Origin: Balanoglossus misakiensis
Lineage: Eukaryota; Animalia; Hemichordata
NCBI GenBank assembly: GCA_040954595.2
Contig: CM082578.2
Coordinates: 18,184,728 to 18,248,727, forward strand
DNA length: 64,000 bases
Reading direction: 5' to 3'
Below, one piece after another: positions 1-11,504 of this stretch. The position numbers were made by a program, and so were the translations under genes. Position 1 is the stretch's first letter. Each line of letters starts with the position of its first letter. The notes under the pieces were generated by a model. It saw only the letters and a list, made by a program, of their open reading frames with translations. It was not told where the DNA came from and did no database searches.

Positions 1-29
1 ATTTCTTATTCATTCACTCCACAAACCAG

Positions 30-3000
30 GTTGTTCCAGAACTTTGCGGGGTCATTCCGGAGCTTTCAACTCGCCCAACTTCCCAGGCAATTACCTGCCG
101 GATCAAAACTGCACCTACCAGCTGATTGCTCCAGAAAACCACATGATCCATCTCAACTTCGCCATCTTTGTCATGGAAGGACGCAACACACAAGAGGAGT
201 GTACCTATGATTATGTGGAAATATATGAACAACAGGGCGAAGAATGGAGTAAGTTATACCCTATCACCACAATTGTTCAGTCCAAACCTTTTGTTTCCTA
301 TGGTAAGGTTGGACCTCTAAAGAGGGAACTGGGAGTGAAAGCTGATTTTGAACTTTCAGAAGTGATGAATGAACATAAAATTTGATGATAACAATACTAA
401 ATTTAATGGCAAATAACGTGTTTTTGTTTGTTTGGCTGTAGGTTTCATCGATCGTTATTGTGGTAACACACGACCCAATACCATCACAGCCAACTCCAAT
501 GTCATCAGAGTGAGGTTCTTGAGTGATCGATCCATCAACCACCAGGGATTTGTTGCTGAGTTCCACTCTGAAGGTGAGGCTTTCAACGTGGAATTGTTTA
601 TCCAATATTCAATTCTCTCAACGTGATTTTTTCGCTCAAATTTTGATCAAGACCTGTAGACAATGGAAAATTCTATCCACTTGGTCTAAAATTAAAGGAA
701 AAACAAGGGAAGATATGTGAAAATGATAACAAATTTGCACCATATTTGACAGCAAAAAATGTGGTATTTTAAAAGGTTGACTCTTTGTATCATTCTACAG
801 CCAAACCTGTGAATTCATGCCAAAGAAACAATGCTGGATGCCAACATATCTGCACCTACGCCTTCGATGAAGCCTCTTGCTCATGCCGTGAGGGCTATGG
901 ACTACAGAGAGATTATGTATCCTGTGAAGGTAATTATAAATCTACATCATATACACGCGTCGACATTTTCAGACCTATTCAAGTTGAAAAAACAAAGGAA
1001 TTCTACCCAATACTTATGCAAATTATATCATTATTTTTGCAAATTTTACCCATGGTGATTCAGATAGAGCTGGTGCTAGTTACAGTACAAGTCCAAACTT
1101 TCTCTAACCACCCACCCCCCACCCCCGAAAAATCAAATCAAATAGTTATTTTTTCTGCAGTCTCCATGGTAAGGTAAAATATATTTTACCTTTTGACTTG
1201 CAGATATTAACGAGTGTCATGATGAAGAACTGCATAAATGTGAACAGATGTGCATTAATACTATTGGTTCATATCAGTGTTCATGCCTTGATGGGTATTA
1301 CCTGGCGTCGGATGGAAAGTCATGCATTGGTAAGTCATCTCTCATGAAAAGTTCTTTATGGATCTGAAACTGAAACATGCATTGATCATTGTTAGAGGAC
1401 TTAATTCTATATGTAATATGCATTTCAATGACCTTCTTCTTTGACTGAGAGATTTGGTTGTGTGTGAGTGTATCCTCTGCGGTCACTGGGTTGAAGGTGA
1501 CAGATGTCTCAGGTTGACCACATCTTTTGGTCTAATGACTTGTACCAGAAATGTAAAGTTGCATGTGATGTTGTCAATGTGTGTTACTGTGTTAATTTGC
1601 AGACAGGAATGAATGCACAGATTTGCTGCGTGGTGGCTGCGTAGACCTTTGCATCAACACGGTTGGCAGTTATCGATGTGATTGTCTGAGTCCTGACTTT
1701 GAACTCTCAGTGGATGGACGTTCCTGTGTTGGTGAGTATGGAGGCATTCAGATATGAACAGTGTCTGGGGAATGTTTCCTCTGTCATTTCAGTATCCGTT
1801 AAAGAGACATAGCTGTTGATGTTTGCATGTATTTTGTTGTTTTTCTCTCCTTAGCTGTTTACTGAATGGTGCAGCCATATGCAAAGTTACTTAATAATTT
1901 GTGAAATAGTACTATTCTGATTATGTTTGTAAAACTCTTTTGTTGCTCTTGTCCTCGTATTAAACAGTGCCAATGAGAAGTGGATGTGATGACAACAATG
2001 GAGGATGTGAACATCTCTGTCATCCAATCGGAGAAGGCGGTCACTACTGCACCTGTCACTCAGGATTCAAACTGGCCAATGACCGGCACAACTGTGAAGG
2101 TCAGAGGTCATTTCTTTCAATAAGCAATCGTGAAGCATTTGGTGTAATTGTTATCATGTTTACACTTTAAGATAGAGTATGAAATGAGAAAAATGAGGTC
2201 CATTACATTTCATAGATATTCTCTGTGACTTTTTCAATCCTACAGATATCAATGAATGTGAGAGACCAGCCAGTAGATTTCGTATGTATGGTAATAATTG
2301 TAATCAGATTTGCATAAACACACCTGGGAGCTACTACTGTGATTGTGAGCAAGGATTTCAACTCAGTCCAAATGGAAGAGTCTGTAAAGGTGAGTCACAG
2401 TCTGCATCCACAATTCTGAATTTAAACAAGATGGGTTATAGATACTATGTCTTTTACAGCTAGAGGAGACAGGAAAATATGACTGATCTCATATTGATTG
2501 GAGCTGCTGGACAACTTTAATCACAATTTCTATCTGTTTTATTGAAGACATTGATGAGTGCGCAACCAACTTGCGGGTGGATTGCGAACAGGACTGCATC
2601 AACTTTGCTGGTGGCTATGAGTGTCAGTGTTACGAGGGGTACAAGTTTGATCTGGATGATCCCAGTGTCTGTGTTGACATTGATGAGTGCAGTTCACAGG
2701 GTTTGGACTGCCATACATGCATCAATACTGCTGGAAGGTTTGTTGTCAATTTTAATACAATTTTGTGCTTTGCTTCTGTTGTGGATTTTCTTCTTTCAAT
2801 TGACTTTGTCCATGCACTGACTGTCAGGGAGATGTCATTAGTAACGTGATTGTAGTAGTCATGTGTTAGAGTCATTTCGAAATTTATGTCTGGTGAAAAA
2901 CCAAGTCTATATTTGCCTATAAATTCTCACTGTGTGCAGAAATATTGAGGACGTTATCTAGAAAATGTCCACTGAATAATGACATGTCAGTCTGCAGTGT

Positions 3001-6000
3001 TTGTTCATCTGATCAGGTTTAACACAGCGCCATCTCATAATGAAGATAGTTTTACTTTGTCTTTATTGTTTCAGTTTCCAATGTGAATGCAGGCCAGGTT
3101 TCCAGTTGGCTGACAATGGCACAAGTTGTGTGGACATCAACGAGTGTGCCCAGAATAATGGTGGATGCCAACACGTGTGTGCCAACCTGCCAGGAAGCCA
3201 TGAATGTCTGTGTCGTATCGGCTACACCAGTGGTATTGGTAACAGCTCACTCTGTGTGGACATCGATGAATGTTCATCAAATGATGGAAAGGGCCAATGT
3301 AACCATTCATGTGTCAACTCAGAAGGTATTAAAAGCGGCAAAATTGTCATGATTTTTTATTACCAAGTAAGAAAATAGATCTGCATTTATGCAGGAAAGT
3401 TTTAACTTTTTCTGAAATAAAAGGTTGTTACCGGTAATATATATATTATGTATCAGACAAACAAAGAACCATCAATATCAATCAAGCAAATTTGTTCACA
3501 AAGATGATTATTAAACCGTATATTAATTTTGTTGTATACTTTAATTATCAGGATCATTTGAGTGTTCCTGTGATGAAGGCTATTATCTGACAGATAACAG
3601 ACAAACTTGTGAGGATATCGATGAATGCTCAGACAACAATGGAGGCTGTCAGCAGGAATGTGTTAATCTCCCTGGCAACCATCAATGCAGGTTAGTATTA
3701 AATTTATGGTGTTGTTGTTTTTTGACTTTGTTGTATGATTGCCAGAAATGATTGGCGCCTGTTCTTAGTCACAGTGATTTCCTCTACCACTGTCAACATA
3801 AGTCTGTCAGTATACACATATTCTGGCCAGTTGAAAATCCTGAATTTATTCTCCTGTTCTGTTAGGTGTTTTGATGGTTTTGAGAGAGAAGATCTAGATG
3901 TTGACAACTGCATTGACATTGACGAATGTTCTGAAGGATATGATGAGTGTGCGGTGTCTGAGGGCGCTGTCTGCATCAACGTAGATGGAAATTACACTTG
4001 CCAGTGTCCAGATGGCTATGAAACTTATGACTGGTATTACTGTCGAGGTGGGCTTGATCATTACGGGCCCAAGCCAAGCCAGGCTTGGGCCCGTATTGGT
4101 TTCGTTGGGGTTTTTCTTTCTTTCTTTCTTTCTTTATTCTTGGTTCACTTCTTTCGCGCTCTAGATCTCAGACACCGCTGCAGGTACAGTTCTCAAACTT
4201 GCTACAGTGGTCAAGGTCAATGAGTAGATGTGCAGTGACTTGTGAATACTTAATTAGTCACGTGACATGGCGGCCATATTGGATTTTCTGAAAAAATGCA
4301 AATCTCAGATCTCAGAAACTACAAGTCAGATCGAGTTCAGATTTGGCGTGCTGGTAGTATACCCTCTGCCCATCATTTGTGTAATTGGATATTTTGCTGT
4401 CAATGTTGCAGTTTTTTTGCTACAGTTGTTTTTCTGAAATCTGGTCAAAATTTCAAAAATCTTCTTCTCAAGAACCGGCGATAACCGAGTCACGCCGTTT
4501 GGGGTATGTGGTCACCTAACTGATGTCTATCAAGTTTGCGAAGATCATTGTGATTGGTCGAAGATTATGGCGGCCATATTGGATTTTTGAAAAACCATAG
4601 TAAACCTTCAAAAATCTTCTTCTCCAGAACGGGCGATAACCGAGTCACAAGATTTGGTGTGTGTGGTCATTAAACAGATGTGTATCAAGTTTGCGAAGGG
4701 GAATGTGATTGGTCGAAGATTATGGCGGCCATATTGGATTTTGTGAAAAACGATTAAAAAGTAAAAATTCCTTTTCTAGCCTAAAAATTGATAGCACAGA
4801 AATTCTTTTTATGGATATGAATCATCATATGACAAGAATAACCTATAAATATTTTGGTAATTTTGGCAATGACCTTTGACCTACTTTTGACGCATCATTT
4901 TTCTGCATATCTAATTCCAGGCTAACCAATAGGGCTATAAGTTTGGTTTTTGATGTATGTGGATTTGTATGTGATCAAAAAATTTTGCTACTTTTTATGA
5001 CCCCTTTGACCTCTGGTGACCTCATTAAATATGCGCATACCTAATTACAGATGAACCAATAGACCTAGAGGTTTTGTTTTTGTTATACATGGACCAGTAT
5101 GGGGTCAAAATATTTTGCCCAAATGTTGGGTGACCTCGGGTGACCTTTGACCTACTTTTGCATATCTCGGCATCCAAAGCAGGTACAGCCTTGGCATTTG
5201 GAGATATGGGGCCATATTGAAAAGCCAAAGTTTTTGGGTCACCTGTGACCTCTGCTGACCTCATTTATTATGTGCATAGCTAATTACAGGCGAACCAATA
5301 GAGCTAGAGGTCTGGTTTTTGTTGGACATGGACCACTATGGGTCAAAATTTTCTTGCCCAAATTTTGGGTGACCTCAGATGACCTTTGACCTACTTTTGC
5401 ATATCTCGGCATCCAAAGCAGGTACAGCCTTGGCGTTTGGAGGTATGGGGCCATAATGAAAAGCCAAAGTTTTGGGTCACCTGTGACACCTGCTTAACTC
5501 ATTATTTATGTGCATACATAATTCCGGGCTAACCAAAAGGGCTAGAGGTCTGGATTTTGTTGGACATGGACCACTATGGGTCAAAATTTTCTGCCCAAAT
5601 TTTGGGTGACCTCAGATGACCTTTGACCTACTTTTGCGTATCTCGGCATCCAAAGCAGGTACATCCTTGGCATTTGGAGATATGGGGCCATAATTAAAAG
5701 CCAAAGTTTTGGGTCACCAGTGACACCTGCTTAACTCATTATTTATGTGCATACCTAATTACGGGCTAACCAAAAGGGCTAGAGGTCTGGTTTTTGTTGG
5801 ACATGGACCACTATGGGTCAAAATTTTCTGCCCAAATTATGGGTGACCTCTGGGTGACCTTTGACCTACTTAACACTATATCAACACCAAACATAGATAT
5901 AACCTTGATATTTCATGGGATAAAACACAGCATTATGTTTCTACTCATTAATTATGTGCATATCTAATAATCAGATCAGATAATAGAGCTTGGGCCCGGA

Positions 6001-9000
6001 CAATGCTGCTTGCAGCTTTAATCTTTCTTTATTCTCCTGTCAATTCTTCGGCCAACTAAATCTCTGAAACTACTGCAGGTACACCGCTCAAACTTACTAC
6101 AGTGGTCAAGGTCAATGAGTAGATGTGCAGTGGCTCGTGAATATTTAATTAGTCACGTGACCTGGCGGCCATATTGGATTTTCTGAAAAAATGTAAATGA
6201 CTTCTTCTCAAAAACTACAAGGCAAATCAAGTTCAAATTTGGTACATAGTACACATGGCCTCTGCCCAACAAAGTTTGATAATAAAATCTCGAGCGGTCA
6301 CGTGACTTTGGCCGCCATATTGGATTTTCGAAAAATCCAACTAAAACTTCAAAAATCTTCTTCTCAAGAACCGGCGATAACCGAGTCGCGGGATTTGGGG
6401 TATGTGGTCACCTAACTGATGTCTATCAAGTTTGATAAGAAGCATTGTGATTGGTCGAAGATTATGGCGGCCATATTGGATTTTCGAAAAACCATAGTAA
6501 AACTGCAAAAATCTTCTTCTCCAGAACGGGCAATAACTGAGTCGCAAGATTCGGGGAGTATGGTCACTACACTGATGTCTATCCAGTTTGCAAAGAGCAT
6601 TGTGATTGGTCGAAGATTATGGCGGCCATATTGGATTTTGTAAAAAGCAGTGAAAACTTGAAATTCCTTTTCCTAGTCTAAAAATTGATAGCATACAAAT
6701 TTTTTTCATGGATATCAATCGTCATATGACTAAAATATGTTACAAATTTTTGGCGATTTTTCACATGACCTTTGACCTACTTTTCACACGTTATTATTTC
6801 TGCATATCTATTTCCTGGCTAACCTATAGGGCTAGACGTTTGGTTTTTGATGCATGTGGATTAGTGTGTGATCAAAATATTTTGCTACTTTTCATGACCC
6901 CTTTGACCTCTGTTGACCTCATTAATTATGTGCATCGCTAATTACAGGCGAACCAATAAAGCTAGTGGTTTGGTTTTTGTTGGAAATGGACCAGAATGGG
7001 GTCAAATTTTTTTGCTCAAATGTTGCATGACCTCTGGTGACCTTTGACCTACTTTCGCATATCTTAGCATCCAGAGCAGATACAGCCTTGGCATTTGGCA
7101 GGATGGGACCAAAATGTAAAGCCACATTTTTGGGTCACCTGTGACACCTGCTGACCTCATTAAATATGCACATACCTAATTTCAGACGAACCAATAGAGC
7201 TAGAGTTTTGGTTTTTGTTGGACATGGACAAATATGGATCAAAAAAATTTCCCAAAATTTAGATGACCTCAGGTGCCCTTTTACCTACTTTACTCTATTT
7301 CTGCAGCAAAAATACATACGTCCTTGTTATGTCATGAGATAAAAAACATGATAGAGCATTCTGTTTCTTCTCATTCATACTGTGCATATGTAATTCAAGA
7401 TCAGCGCTTGGGCCCGACAATGCTGCTTGCAGCTTTAATTCTTGTTAATTTTGTGTTCATTCTGTTTTCTTCAGCCCCCTGAATCTGCCTTCTTATATAT
7501 ATTGTCCAACATCACCATGGAAATCTCATAAAGTTCATGATATTAAATTGAAACCATACCTAGTATTAAAAATGTTTTTCTTTTCTAGGCATGAAATTTA
7601 AGGTGAAAACGTTGACTTTTTAATTTTTCATTTCAGATGTCGATGAATGTTTCAATTACACAGCCAACCTATGCCAGCAGGTCTGTCAGAACACAGAGGG
7701 AAGGTAAGACCATGGATTGCTGTGTGTTGTCACAATGCGTTGTGCTAGTTTGGTTAATTTCACTTGACCTTGGGGCAGTGTGTCACATGAGCTTGTTCAT
7801 CACTTCGAAGTACAAATGTAGCTGTGCTTCGTGATCACCATCACATCCTGCCTGTGAAATTCAATTATGATCGTATGGAAGTCGTGACATACCACTTTCT
7901 TTCCATTTCCTGGCAGCTTCAACTGTTCCTGTTACCGTGGTTACCAACAAGTCGATGACTACTCCTGTGAAGGTGAGAGATTGTGACTTTTCAAACAATG
8001 CTGTGGAGTTAAAAACAGGGCAAAAAGGCAAAAGAACTACAATAACACCATTAGATCCTTTCAGAGACTTCCGCTTAGGTTTTTTGACCTTTTTTCCTGA
8101 GGATCTTAGCATTAAAAATGCAAGAATCAATACAGTGATTTATTGCTGTGTAGATTGGTTCCCATCCCATTGCATAAGATGCCTTGTATGTTGACTTGTC
8201 CGGTTGGGACCAGAAATAATATCCTTAGCTCTATAATACGTCTGCATCTGTCGATCTTAATTCTCAGCTTCAAAATATAAAAAGTTATGATGAGCTCCTC
8301 TGTCCCAGACATCAGAATTTGTAAAGCAAAAATTTTATTTAGATTCTATAAATTACATTTTTCTTTTTTTTCAACAGACATTGATGAATGTTTAACATCC
8401 CCCTGTCAACACAACGATATGTGTAACAACACGGATGGTAGTTTTGTCTGTGGTTGCCATGACGGCTTCTCACTCTTGCCGGATGGAGTTTCCTGTACCG
8501 ACGTCAATGAGTGTGCATTCAACAATGGTGGTTGCGATCACATTTGTATTAACGACAAGGGAGGGTACGCAAAGCAAAGTTGTCTTATAAGATAAAAAAA
8601 GGGGGGGAACCACTGACTTTTAGATACATGTAGGCCAATATCTTCATTGTCAGATATTTGTTGGGGTGACTTAAAAACCCCAGAGTGGTGACCATACATG
8701 TAAACACATGTACACTCTAAGAAATATTGACTGAAATATTACAGTCAATAGCTTCATGTTTTCAAGTCTGCTTTATAGACTCAAGGTGTTTTTCCTTGTT
8801 GTTTACAGGCACAGATGTGAATGCAGTGAGGGATATCATCTGAGTCTGGATGACAAACACTGCCAAGGTAAATAGCCTGAAGGAATCATCGTTTCCATTG
8901 ATTTCTTCCTGTGCTGCAATATCAAACAAATTGACTATACTGGTTCTTTGTAAGATAAACAAGCTGTTGCTCACAACTGATGGACACGTCAAACTGAATG

Positions 9001-11504
9001 AAAACATCAAACAGATGGAAATTTATAAGAAAAAGTGATACAAGTTTTAAGAGAAATAATTTGTATGAATAATCCTGAATTTTAAAATATTCTGACATAT
9101 GCACTTTGATATCCTCTTAGAGTCGCAACTGTACCATCTTCAGTCTCGTCTTGAACCCAGATACTGCTTTTAGCAGCCTCTTGATCTTCACAACCTCATC
9201 TCCTTGAACAGGTTTTTCAGAACAGCAAAATAAGTCTTTTTCTGCTTTATTGTTGTTGTTTTTGCAGACACCAATGAATGCACACTGGGTATGGCCTGCT
9301 GTAACCAAGCTCACAACTGCATGAATCTGAATGGGACCTACACATGTTCTTGTGACTCAGGTTATTACATGGATAGTGACAACTGCACTTGCCTAGGTAA
9401 TGTCACCTGATCATACCTCTTGAGAATGACTAGCAATTATGTATAAACCAACCAACCCTGGTCCTAAATTTTGTTGTGGAACCAAATGCACCAAACCAGC
9501 CTTCAGTAATAAAAATATAGTTCACAAACTAGGAAACTGATCTGCAAATTCATAATTCTTTCTGACAGATATTGATGAGTGCGCTGTGAGCAATGGTGGA
9601 TGCAGTCAACACTGTAACAATACACTTGGAGGATTCACGTAAGTCCATTAATGCACTCAATATTTCTGTCAGTTCAATTGCCATAGCTGTCGGTGTCATA
9701 TTCAGAATGCTAATGTCCCAAGCAGACCATGCACACAGATGATAGTTTTTCTGAACACTTGCAATCAGTAACAATAGATCACTGTCCTTCTATAGATAAA
9801 GTAACAGCTAGAGTAGACTAAAACCTCCATCTTCAGATGAATAATTCAGCTGTGTTTTTTTCCTCCGTTTTCAGGTGTCAATGTGGGCCTGGTTATCAAC
9901 TGGATCCCACTGACTCCAAATCATGTGTTGATATCAACGAATGTCTAACCGTGAGTTAACTGTAATATTGCCATACACATACATAACATGCAGTGTTTTT
10001 AATTGAAAATTGCCCATCAGGAGGTGGCTTGTTACGTAAGCTTACAGCAAGTAGCAATGTAAATTGATAACTTTTGAATCAATTACAGCATATCTCATCA
10101 ATGTGATGTACTGATGTTGACAATCAACTCGGCAAAAGGTTTTCTAAATGAGGAAGACACCCATTATACAATGAATAAAAATTTGCAGCAGTTCCATAAT
10201 TGTTGACATTTTATAAGTCTCAATGAAATCTATCTGCAATCATTCCAATCTTTGGAGTAAATACAACCAGCAGATTTGAACTCAGAATTCATTACACATT
10301 CATATACATTTGTATTCATCTATTTGTGGATGTTTTGCAGGACAATGGTGGTTGTTCCCACATGTGCAGGAATAGTGCTGGTAGCTATTTGTGTTCATGT
10401 CTGTCCAATTACAGACTTGATGATGACCAGCAGACGTGCCGAGGTAAAAATGCTTGAATGCTATTATAACACTCATTCCTGTGTAACTGCATGTGGTTTA
10501 TGTTGTCCATGGCCTGTATTTATTTGATCATTTCTATCAGAATAAAGTTTACACATTTCTCATTACATGTATTTACTGTATTTACATGTTAATTAGCGAA
10601 GACCCCCATACAAGTGTTTCATATGTTGGCCATGACCAAACAAATATGTTGCTTTTGGAAGTTCATGTTTGAATTATCATGTCAGTGTTAAAATCACATT
10701 TTTTCAGAACTGAGTTATAACAAATTACAGTATGTGTATTTAAAATCCATAATCTATACTGGTATACTACTCAATTTTTCAGCCTGTCCGAGCTGTGAGG
10801 ACTTTGAACAACTGGACACATCCATTCATTCAATGCAACAGTCCATCCAGGAACTACAGATGATGATACAGTCTCTGATCGCTCAGAACTCAGAACTTCA
10901 AACCCGGGTAGGAGCTTGTCTGATATTTTTGTGTTGGGTCCAAGACTGTACTTGCATCATGGGTGCTGATATCTAATCATCATCTATAATTAAGCAGCTA
11001 ATTGTGATGATTGACTTGTTATGACACTGTAATTAGCGTGGGAAGAATGTTCCCTCATTCCACTGCACTAGCTGGGGGTCTGGGTGTGACAAAAATAATC
11101 AAAATCCCAGTTGGTTCTTTTTATGGAAAGTGGACCACAAACATGACAAACGTTGATCAGGAATCACATCAAAAACGTTGGCCTCTATTTTTCAAGCCAT
11201 ATATGCATCAATAAATTGGGTGGCATTTTCATTGCAGGTGGAGTCACTTGAAAACTTCCAGAACTCATTCATTAATGCAAATCTTGTGACAGCCAATCAT
11301 CAAAGAGGAGACATAACGTTTGTCGATTGTAAGTATTCATCTTCAATTGTCATAATTATTGCAATACGTTTATCAAGGTAACATTTAACTTTGCTGAAAT
11401 TCTATTCCCATTTGGAATGTTATAAATGTCAATTTTTGTATTATTTTTTAAAGACAGGCAAGGAATACCTGTCTGCAATGCATATGCGACAGGATGCTAC
11501 TTAA
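30..11504 (+). CDS. Extracellular CUB + 17 EGF/calcium-binding EGF repeat protein with C-terminal coiled coil (fibrillin/SCUBE/matrilin-like); 5' end lies upstream of the window
   Basis: Phase-consistent GT-AG exons: 30-248 and 442-573 (CUB: [21 protein letters not shown]...CTYDYVEI...RYCG...[14 protein letters not shown]), 801-929, 1204-1329, 1603-1731, 1968-2099, 2246-2389, 2548-2737, 3075-3325, 3552-3690, 3866-4047, 7637-7703, 7917-7972, 8378-8564, 8809-8867, 9268-9396, 9569-9638, 9875-9950, 10341-10443 (repeated DI[DN]EC...C.N..G.[FY].C.C cbEGF motif), 10783-10907 and 11238-11328 (heptad coil). The last exon starts at 11458 (stop 11504) or 11454 (stop 11587). AATAAA at 11726-11731. Confidence 0.9.
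256..346 (+). mobile_element. ~90-bp piggyBac-like MITE, degenerate copy
   Basis: Reverse-complement similarity to 59540-59632 (TATGGTAAGGTTGGACCTCTAAAGAGGGAACTGGG). Sits in the intron splitting the CUB domain. Confidence 0.7.
4061..7440 (+). mobile_element. Non-autonomous Helentron-associated (HINE/DINE-like) rolling-circle element, two tandem units, within an intron
   Basis: 5' palindrome CGGGCCCAAGCC..GGCTTGGGCCCG at 4064-4093. The 3' subterminal GCTTGGGCCCG plus the GCTGC-TT-GCAGC stem-loop and TTT occurs twice (5988-6020, 7406-7440). Internal subrepeats and no long ORF. Confidence 0.72.
5000..5870. repeat. ~238-bp tandem repeat (3-4 copies) inside the HINE-like element
   Basis: GACCTTTGACCTACTTTTGC(A/G)TATCTCGGCATCCAAAGCAGGTACA recurs at ~5142, ~5381 and ~5618. 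Related copies occur at ~6900-7300. Confidence 0.9.

Noticed and set aside
4260-7300. Regularly recurring motifs resembling a CRISPR array
   Set aside because: The intervening sequences are themselves repeated, the context is a eukaryotic intron and there are no cas genes. These are transposon subrepeats.
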